Source: Chitinophagaceae bacterium (lineage in GTDB: Bacteria; Bacteroidota; Bacteroidia; Chitinophagales; UBA10324). Taken from it: a stretch of 64,000 nucleotides of DNA. The stretch is taken from assembly GCA_947469485.1 (NCBI GenBank), contig CANIPU010000003.1, positions 132,870-196,869 of the forward strand. The letters are read 5' to 3'. A model generated the notes under the pieces. The model searched no databases and was not told the DNA's origin. It saw nothing but the letters and a program-made list of their open reading frames with translations. Of this stretch, positions 57,220-64,000 are shown piece by piece (the stretch's first letter is position 1; each line of letters opens with the position of its first letter). The position numbers were made by a program, and so were the translations under genes.

Positions 57220-57963
57220 TTATTCGGTGGTTGAAACCCAGAAATTATTTGCGCCCATTCCGATATTGATGTTAATGAGATTGGATTGAATTAATTCAAG
57301 CATTGCGAGAAAAGTAAAGATGGCATGAATGCGGTTTTCGCAATGTTCAAAAATGCCAATAAAAGGAACATTGCTTCCGCGACGAACTACTTCCATAATT
57401 TTTTCTCGTGAACCTTCAATTGAATAAGCATATTGAATTACCTGATGAATAGGTTTGTTTTTGTCTTCTTCGTAGCGGGTCATCACTTTCTCAAATGCTT
57501 TGAGCAAACGAAAAAGTGTAAGCGAATGTAATTCTGCTTCTCCGGATAAGCTTTCAGATAATCCTTTTAATTCGCTTACTGTGTTTCCGCGCTCAAACTT
57601 ACCGGCTCTATTGTCTTCAAGCTTGCGCATTTCTTCCTGCACCTCCTTAAACCTCTTGTATTCTAAAAGCTTTGCGACCAGCTCATCTCTCGGATCAATT
57701 TCGTTTCCTGTTGCGTCAATATCTTTTCTCGGTAATAATAATTTTGCTTTAATGCGCATGAGTGTTGCTGCCACAACAATAAACTCACTCGCCAATTCAA
57801 TATTCATCAGACTTGCCTGATGCAGGTAATCCAAAAAATCTTTTGTGATCTGATAAATCGGAATATCGTTGATGTCGAGTTCATCGCGCTCAATAAAAAA
57901 AAGCAGCAGGTCAAACGGACCTTCAAACTGTGGCAGTTTTATCTCGTATGTTTTATCGTTCAT
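57220..57963 (-). CDS. scpA: Segregation and condensation protein A
   Basis: FEGPFDLLLFFIERDELDINDIPIYQIT is the ScpA N-terminal signature. Start chosen at MNDKTYE. Confidence 0.85.
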   Translation of the reverse strand: MNDKTYEIKLPQFEGPFDLLLFFIERDELDINDIPIYQITKDFLDYLHQASLMNIELASEFIVVAATLMRIKAKLLLPRKDIDATGNEIDPRDELVAKLLEYKRFKEVQEEMRKLEDNRAGKFERGNTVSELKGLSESLSGEAELHSLTLFRLLKAFEKVMTRYEEDKNKPIHQVIQYAYSIEGSREKIMEVVRRGSNVPFIGIFEHCENRIHAIFTFLAMLELIQSNLININIGMGANNFWVSTTE

Positions 57964-58107
57964 GCGCCACAAATGTATTGATTGTTGTATGCAACAGTAT
58001 GTGTTGGGTTTGCGATGTGAATAATCAATTCTGATTGTTAATTAGTCAATGAAATTTCGCACGGAGAATACAGGGAGAAATACAAAGAGGAATGGAGAGT
58101 TTTTACT

Positions 58108-58185
58108 AAAAAATTCTTTGCGTCTTTGCTCCTTATATTGCTTTGCGTAAAAAAACAGCACGCAAAGAACGCAATGGAGCAAAGC
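58108..58185 (-). terminator. Complex hairpin / terminator with alternative pairings downstream of the OM protein gene
   Basis: On the minus-strand RNA, CUUUGCUCC(58185-77) pairs with GGAGCAAAG(58132-24). UCUUUGCGU(58168-60) pairs with ACGCAAAG(58148-41). Alternatively UUCUUUGCGU(58169-60) pairs with ACGCAAAGAA(58123-14), which is followed directly by U6 (58113-08). Confidence 0.45.
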
Positions 58186-58215
58186 AAAATAAGCTGATCA
58201 GAAAATTTATTTTGC

Positions 58216-59499
58216 TTAAAAATTAAAACTGTTGTGCGAGAATCGTGGATTGACAATGTTGTTGTAAATACTTCCGAACTGATAACTCAAACCAACCGAA
58301 CCGTAATAGCGGTAGTTAGTTTGCAATTGTTTTATCTGCAATAAAATTTCTTCCTGACTGGCTCCGGATTTCGGCAATGAAATCTGATCGTGAATGATGG
58401 AAAAACTACCGTACAAATCCAACGACAATCCTTCAAACAAGCGAATGCTTGCCGAGCCGGAAACATTTAAACTGTTCTTGCTGAAATCATACAGGTAGGT
58501 AGCGCCTGACACTGTAAAATTTGTGCTTCCCCATTTTTGTTTGAATCGTATGGAACTTCTTAATCGTTGTTGCACCACCGACTGTTTTACTTTATTAAAA
58601 ATGGTTGTGTCGTTGTATTCACCGGTTTGATACTGCACTTCGTAATAGAAAGTCCAGAGTTTGCGGTTCGATTGCGAATACGGAAACACATCATACTCCA
58701 ATGCAGGTCCGGTGCTCACAGTCCATTTTATATTTTCATAAATGCTCGACGAATAATCTGCAATCAATCCGGTTGACCAATGCTTGTTTAAACTTTTCAC
58801 ATAACTCGCTCCTGCATATTTTGAGTTTGATTCATTTATAAACTCAGTTGTGTCATCAAATTTGTAAATGCTTTTGTTGTAATCAATGCTTGTGTAAAAA
58901 TTCAATTTCATTTTAGCCGTGACTTTATCTGCCGAAATATTTCCATTGTAATATGAACTGGTTGATTGCTTTTCGCCATTCCAGTTTCCGTTTCCACCAA
59001 TGGAAAAAACCCAGCTGCGCCAATGATCAACTGTATCTTTCTGAGTAACATTTGCAGTATCTTCCTGCGGAGAAGTGATTGTAATTTTTGAAGCCATTGT
59101 GGTGTGTGCCACATACCGCATTAAACCGATTGAAATAATTTGTGTTAAACCTTTTCGGGTTTCATCGGAAGTGTTTGTTGAATTTGCGGTGAAGTACAGC
59201 GTGTCGTTTTCATTCTGAAATATTTGCTGTCCGAGATAATAAAGCGTGTAATTACTTCCGCCACTCGCTGTGTATTCTTTAGTTATTAAAAGATGAACAT
59301 CGGCTTGCACGGGGTCGCGAACAAAATTCACACAGTTGATTTCGGTTCGCATAAAATCTTCGTCGCAGTATGGACAATCCAGATAAACCTTCAACGCGCC
59401 GGCAATGCAGGTTTGCTTATTGGTTTGTGCGAAGGAAAATTGAAAAGAAAGCAGCACTGTAACAGTGAGAGAAAATAGTGCGATGATTTTTTTTACCAT
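58216..59499 (-). CDS. Hypothetical outer-membrane beta-barrel-like protein
   Basis: Start chosen at MVKKIIALFSLTVTVLLSFQFSFAQ. It shows an alternating amphipathic strand pattern and a C-terminal aromatic residue (…SHNSFNF). No family was recognised. Confidence 0.5.
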   Translation of the reverse strand: MVKKIIALFSLTVTVLLSFQFSFAQTNKQTCIAGALKVYLDCPYCDEDFMRTEINCVNFVRDPVQADVHLLITKEYTASGGSNYTLYYLGQQIFQNENDTLYFTANSTNTSDETRKGLTQIISIGLMRYVAHTTMASKITITSPQEDTANVTQKDTVDHWRSWVFSIGGNGNWNGEKQSTSSYYNGNISADKVTAKMKLNFYTSIDYNKSIYKFDDTTEFINESNSKYAGASYVKSLNKHWSTGLIADYSSSIYENIKWTVSTGPALEYDVFPYSQSNRKLWTFYYEVQYQTGEYNDTTIFNKVKQSVVQQRLRSSIRFKQKWGSTNFTVSGATYLYDFSKNSLNVSGSASIRLFEGLSLDLYGSFSIIHDQISLPKSGASQEEILLQIKQLQTNYRYYGSVGLSYQFGSIYNNIVNPRFSHNSFNF

Positions 59500-59731
59500 T
59501 TCAATTTTGTTTTTGTTGGAAGAAAAAATTTCTGTGGTGAAAATACTTTTTTGAATAACGAATGGAAGTAAGAAAGAAGTATGGCTAAAATTATTTCGAT
59601 TTGAAGTATGCATAATTTTAACCTAATGAATCAAAAGTAATTTCGATTCAAAATGGATTTTGTTATTGAGAAGTTATTGGGTTGTTAATGACTTGTTAAA
59701 ATAATTTTTTAAAAAAAATGTATGCCTGAAT

Positions 59732-62698
59732 TTATTTATTCAGCGATAAATCATTTGAATTTAAAATGGCTTTATAAATCGCCTCCTGAATATTCTTGCG
59801 CACATTGAGTGAATTTATTTTACTGTTTTCGTCATCGGGAAAAGTGCGGTTCGAGAGAAAAACAAAAGTTAATTGGTATTGCGGATCAGTCCAAACACAA
59901 GTGCCTGTGAATCCCTGATGACCATAAGTGTTACATGATGCTTCAGGACAACAAGGGCTTGCTCTGTCAGGGTCAGGTTCAGGCTTATCGAAACCCAAAC
60001 CTCGACGGCAAATTTTTCCTGATTGTGTGGTAAATTTCTGAACTGTTTCGGGAGAGAAATATTTTTCGCCACCATATTCCCCATTGTCAAGTAGCATTTG
60101 CATTTCAATGGCTAAATCATTTGCGGATGAAAAAACTCCTGCGTGTCCTCCAACACCTCCGAGCATTGCCGCGCCCTGGTCGTGCACAAATCCGCGAATC
60201 AATTCGTGACGATAAAAGTTATCGTAGTTCGATGGAACAATTCTGTCCAATGAAAATTTATCTGTTGGATTGTAAGTCATGGTTGGCATTCCAAGTGGCG
60301 CATAAAAATTTTTGTCAACTAATTCATCAATTGGCATGCCTCTTATTTTTTCAGCAACTGCTTTCAGAAAATAAAAATCCAAATCGCTGTACACATAAGT
60401 TCCATGTGTATTTACAGGAGAAGAAAGAATATCCTGCCACATGGTATCAATGTATGCCGGACAGATGTAAATATCATTTGTTACACGCACGCATTTTTCT
60501 TTCGTGGAAATACTGCTGTAAAGATTTGCATCCAAACCACCACGAGCATCAAGCGTGTGTTTGTAAAAAGGAATGAACGGTTTTAAACCTGCTGTATGCG
60601 TGAGCAATTCTTTTATCAGAATGGTTGACTTGTTTGTTCCTCGTGTTTCAGGTAAATAATCTCCGAGTGATTTATTTAAATCAATTTTCCCCTCGTCATA
60701 CAACTTCATAATTTCCATATTTGTGGAAGCAATTTTTGTAATGGATGCGAGGTCGTATAAATCATCGTTGCGCACTGAATCAATTTTATCGTAAGTCAGG
60801 TAGCCAAAAGATTTCTGGTAAATAACAATTCCATCTTTCGCCACTAAAACCTGACAACCTGGAAATGCTCTGTCCAGCAAAGCATCGTCCACTATCGAAT
60901 CAATTTTCTTCAGCAAATCTTCGCGCATACCAACTTCTTCGGGTTGCGAATATTTTAATCTGATTGTTGAAGTGGTCAGCAATCCCGTTCCTGATTGTAT
61001 TGTTTTCGAAGCGCTCACCGGTAATTTCCCTTTTGCTTTTATACCGCCGAATAAGAGTTGCGCTGCCATTTTTTGTGTGATGGATTCATCGTTATAGCAC
61101 TCGAGCAACCAATTTTTGTCTTCAAAAAATTTCAGTGCATACGGGCTCCCGAAAACTGTTACAATTGTTTTTTTCTGCTGACTGATGGCATCAATAAAAG
61201 TTTCGGCGCTCTGCGTGATTCCATAAAAGTCGCTCGACTTTTTATTCATGTTGTGAATACTCACAATAACGAGATTGTAATCTTTCAGCTTAGTTGCAAG
61301 CGCAGCATAATCTTCCTTGCTTGATTGTTTATCCATTTGAAAACTTTTCACCGGCGCATATTGCTCCAGCATTTCCTGAAACTGATTTCTGCTGAATGCG
61401 CCAATGGCAACAGATGCAATTCGCAGTGTATCTAATTTCTTTAATGGAATAAAATTATTTTGATTGTGAACAAGTGTTAATGCGTTTTCAACCAATTGTT
61501 GTTTCAATAATTTTGCTTCATTGGTATTCAAATCTACATTCAGATTTTTCAGCGAAATACTTTGCCGCTTGTTTAATCCGCACCAATATTTTGCACGAAG
61601 AATTTTTTTCACACGCTCATCCACTTCCGCTCTTGTAATAAAGCCGCTGTCAATTGCCGCTTTAATTTGTTTCATTGCTTCACCAACATTTCCTGAAAAC
61701 AACAATACATCATTGCCCGCGAGCAGCGCCATTGCATCTACTTTTCCGGTAGCAGAATAATTACTTACTCCCTTCATGTTCATTGCATCAGTAAAAATCA
61801 ATCCCTGAAAACCAAGTTGCTGTTTTAAAATTCCAGTGACAATTGCAGGTGAAAGAGTTGAAGCACGATTCTTGGTTGTGTCCAGTGCAGGAATAAAAAG
61901 ATGAGCCACCATCATACTTCCCACTCCCGCATTAATCATTTCTTTGAAAGGAAATAATTCAAGAGTATCCAGTCTTTGTTTCGAAGCATTTATTACAGGA
62001 AGCGCAAGGTGCGAATCGGTATCTGTATCACCATGACCTGGAAAATGTTTTGCGCAGGCAATCACGCCGCCATCCTGCAAACCTTTCATGTAGGCAATTC
62101 CTTTTCTTGCAACATTGTATTTGTTGTCGCCGAAACTTCTGTCGCCGATAACAGGATTGAGCGCGTTGTTATTGATATCTACATCAGGTGCAAAATTTAC
62201 ATTAACTCCAATACGCTTGCACTGCCGCGCAATTTCTTTTCCCATTAAATAAATGAGTGAATCACTTTGAATGGCGCCGAGCATTTGCTGACGCGGAAAA
62301 TTCATGGTACTGTCGAGGCGCATGCTTAATCCCCACTCGCCGTCAATGGCAATCAGCAACGGAGTTTTAGAAATGCTCTGATAATAATTTGTCAATGAAA
62401 TTTGTCGCCCCGGTCCGCCCTGCATAAATATCAATCCACCAATTTTATACTTACTAATCAGTGAAGTGATCTGCTGTTTTTCTTCAGGCCCCTTGTTACT
62501 GTATGCAGCCATCATAAACAACTGCCCCAATCTTTCATCAGGAGTTAGCGTATTAAAAACAGAATCAGCCCATTGAGAACTCTCCACTAAAAAAGGCGGC
62601 ACATCACCATCAAATAATTTTATATCTCTTGGTCCGGGTGAGGCCAAAGGCAGAAAAAAAATTCCTGCGAGCACAATAAAAACAAACAACTTCTTCAT
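59732..62698 (-). CDS. Glycoside hydrolase family 3 (NagZ-like) N-terminal domain fused to serine beta-lactamase/PBP4*-like domain
   Basis: GH3 strings are DGEWGLSMR, NFAPDVDIN, RSFG, KHFPGHGDTDTDSH and MVAH. The C-terminal half has DLASITKIAST (SxxK) and a beta-lactamase-fold pattern. Signal peptide present. Confidence 0.85.
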   Translation of the reverse strand: MKKLFVFIVLAGIFFLPLASPGPRDIKLFDGDVPPFLVESSQWADSVFNTLTPDERLGQLFMMAAYSNKGPEEKQQITSLISKYKIGGLIFMQGGPGRQISLTNYYQSISKTPLLIAIDGEWGLSMRLDSTMNFPRQQMLGAIQSDSLIYLMGKEIARQCKRIGVNVNFAPDVDINNNALNPVIGDRSFGDNKYNVARKGIAYMKGLQDGGVIACAKHFPGHGDTDTDSHLALPVINASKQRLDTLELFPFKEMINAGVGSMMVAHLFIPALDTTKNRASTLSPAIVTGILKQQLGFQGLIFTDAMNMKGVSNYSATGKVDAMALLAGNDVLLFSGNVGEAMKQIKAAIDSGFITRAEVDERVKKILRAKYWCGLNKRQSISLKNLNVDLNTNEAKLLKQQLVENALTLVHNQNNFIPLKKLDTLRIASVAIGAFSRNQFQEMLEQYAPVKSFQMDKQSSKEDYAALATKLKDYNLVIVSIHNMNKKSSDFYGITQSAETFIDAISQQKKTIVTVFGSPYALKFFEDKNWLLECYNDESITQKMAAQLLFGGIKAKGKLPVSASKTIQSGTGLLTTSTIRLKYSQPEEVGMREDLLKKIDSIVDDALLDRAFPGCQVLVAKDGIVIYQKSFGYLTYDKIDSVRNDDLYDLASITKIASTNMEIMKLYDEGKIDLNKSLGDYLPETRGTNKSTILIKELLTHTAGLKPFIPFYKHTLDARGGLDANLYSSISTKEKCVRVTNDIYICPAYIDTMWQDILSSPVNTHGTYVYSDLDFYFLKAVAEKIRGMPIDELVDKNFYAPLGMPTMTYNPTDKFSLDRIVPSNYDNFYRHELIRGFVHDQGAAMLGGVGGHAGVFSSANDLAIEMQMLLDNGEYGGEKYFSPETVQKFTTQSGKICRRGLGFDKPEPDPDRASPCCPEASCNTYGHQGFTGTCVWTDPQYQLTFVFLSNRTFPDDENSKINSLNVRKNIQEAIYKAILNSNDLSLNK

Positions 62699-62845
62699 GT
62701 CTTCAAATAAAAAACAACTTAATCGGAGGAAGATTCAATCACTTATACTATTCTCCACAACGATTTGTTTGACTGTTTTATTTCGAAAGAGATAAAAACA
62801 ACAAACAGCCCTACTAAAAATTATTTTCGCACCGTTAATTTCTAC

Positions 62846-64000
62846 ATGAAGCAAAAACAAATACGAATTCAGGATTACAATTATGAACTTCCAACGGAAT
62901 TAATTGCACAGTATCCATTGCCGCAGCGGGATAAAGCGAGAGTGATTGTATATCGCAATGGTGCTATCACTGAAAAAAATTTTTCGCAGGTTGCAGATAT
63001 TATTCCTGCGGAAACATTGTTGGTGTTCAACGACACGAAAGTGATTCGTGCGCGATTGTTTTTTAAATCGGGGTCGGGATCAACCATTGAAATATTTTGC
63101 CTGGAACCCGTAACACCGTTCACTGATTTGCGGATAGCGATTTTTGCCCACGAACCAACTGTGTGGCGGTGCATGGTGGGAAATGCAAAACGGTGGAAGG
63201 GCGATTCACTTGAAAAGTTTTTTTCAGCAAAAAATTCTATTTCGAAACTGCGCGCTTCATTGGTTGAAAAAGAAGGAGAAACTTTTCTGATAAAATTTGA
63301 ATGGGATAATTATGATTTCAGTTTCGCTTCAGTGATTGAAGCGGCGGGATTAATTCCATTGCCGCCCTACATGCGAAGAGAAGCGGAACTGAAAGATTCG
63401 GATTCGTACCAAACTATTTTCGGACAACAGGATGGTTCGGTAGCGGCGCCCACTGCTGGATTGCATTTTACTGAAGCAGTTTTTGATTCGCTGAAGCAAC
63501 ACAAAATTGATATTGCATTTCTTACGCTGCATGTTGGTGCCGGAACTTTTCGACCGGTGAAAACCGAAACACTGGAGGGACACCAAATGCACGGTGAGCG
63601 CATTTATGTGAATCGCATTTTCATTGAAAAATTATTGAAACATATTTCAGATGGGAAACCGGTTGCTGCGGTTGGCACCACTTCGCTTCGTACATTGGAA
63701 AGCTTGTACTGGCTCGGAGTAAAATATTCGCTCGGAGATAAATCATTTGAACTGAATCAGTGGGAGGTGTATGAATCGCCGATGGCGGAAACTTCGATGA
63801 GTGCTGCAGAGGCATTGCAATCGCTGCTGAATTATCTGGATGCAGAAGAAAAAAATGAATTGAGTTGCGCCACTCATTTGTTATGCGCGCCCGGTTATCA
63901 GTTCAGAACAATTGATATTCTGTTCACCAATTTTCATTTGCCGCAAAGCACATTGTTGTTATTGGTTTCTGCTTTCGTGGGCGAGGACTGGAAAAAGATT
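62846..64000 (+). CDS. queA: S-adenosylmethionine:tRNA ribosyltransferase-isomerase QueA (3' partial, runs off right edge)
   Basis: Not in the ORF track because no stop lies in the window. My translation is MKQKQIRIQDYNYELPTELIAQYPLPQRDKARVIVY...YQTIFGQQDGSVAAPTAGLHFT...LHVGAGTFRPV...VGTTSLRTLES...NFHLPQSTLLLLVSAF. Confidence 0.9.
   Translation, partial: MKQKQIRIQDYNYELPTELIAQYPLPQRDKARVIVYRNGAITEKNFSQVADIIPAETLLVFNDTKVIRARLFFKSGSGSTIEIFCLEPVTPFTDLRIAIFAHEPTVWRCMVGNAKRWKGDSLEKFFSAKNSISKLRASLVEKEGETFLIKFEWDNYDFSFASVIEAAGLIPLPPYMRREAELKDSDSYQTIFGQQDGSVAAPTAGLHFTEAVFDSLKQHKIDIAFLTLHVGAGTFRPVKTETLEGHQMHGERIYVNRIFIEKLLKHISDGKPVAAVGTTSLRTLESLYWLGVKYSLGDKSFELNQWEVYESPMAETSMSAAEALQSLLNYLDAEEKNELSCATHLLCAPGYQFRTIDILFTNFHLPQSTLLLLVSAFVGEDWKKI

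Noticed and set aside
58031-58043. CTGATTGTTAATT is identical to unit 8 of the 21-bp array. TTGTTAATGA also occurs at about 59692 in other intergenic regions, which might suggest a genome-wide regulator motif.
   Set aside because: By a rough base-composition estimate, an AT-rich octamer is expected several times by chance in 64 kb on both strands. Only the phased cluster at 29.8-30.05 kb is clearly non-random.
62699-62845. Possible preQ1 riboswitch upstream of queA (A-rich tail ...CCCTACTAAAAATT).
   Set aside because: No convincing P1 hairpin or pseudoknot partner could be drawn, and queA is not a typical preQ1-riboswitch-controlled gene.

Overview
AT-rich chromosomal segment with Bacteroidota hallmarks. 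At least five proteins end in T9SS C-terminal sorting domains. TAnnTTTG -7 promoter boxes sit upstream of several genes. There is a CarboxypepD_reg-type TonB-dependent receptor, and most genes lack Shine-Dalgarno sequences. No rRNA, tRNA, CRISPR array, transposase or integrase was seen.

Most of the window is housekeeping or envelope genes: uvrA, ybeY, scpA, queA (3' partial), a POT peptide transporter, an MFS transporter, MBL hydrolases, a MOSC protein and a GH3/beta-lactamase fusion.

Three regions stand out.

(1) An accessory island of about 8.6 kb (22.9-31.5 kb) lies between a DUF3817 gene and ybeY. It contains two stacked units, each made of an unknown ~190-aa gene paired with a 5' fragment of vsr. 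It also contains a translationally coupled NUDIX (MutT/NudG-like) gene and a SauUSI-like PLD-nuclease/helicase/DUF3427 gene (a type IV modification-dependent restriction architecture), with a small convergent ORF. Further along are a 12-unit array of degenerate repeats on an exact 21-bp grid (core TTGTTAAT) and a conspicuously GC-richer FN3-domain gene.

(2) An 11-kb, nine-gene minus-strand glycan-modification operon spans 44.8-55.9 kb. It encodes a PIG-L deacetylase, a GT4-like module, HisH/HisF-like subunits, and a WbuX-type amidotransferase fused to two more copies of the same GT-like module. It then encodes a FemAB-like protein, a methyltransferase, an MBOAT and a DltD/AlgX-like partner.

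(3) Smaller oddities include a BaiN-like flavoprotein whose Rossmann motif lies upstream of any canonical start codon. An edge-truncated secreted protein carries a DxDDTA motif. A mutually exclusive hairpin set lies between an outer-membrane gene and scpA.

All family assignments are motif recognition by eye on the supplied translations. No database search was possible.
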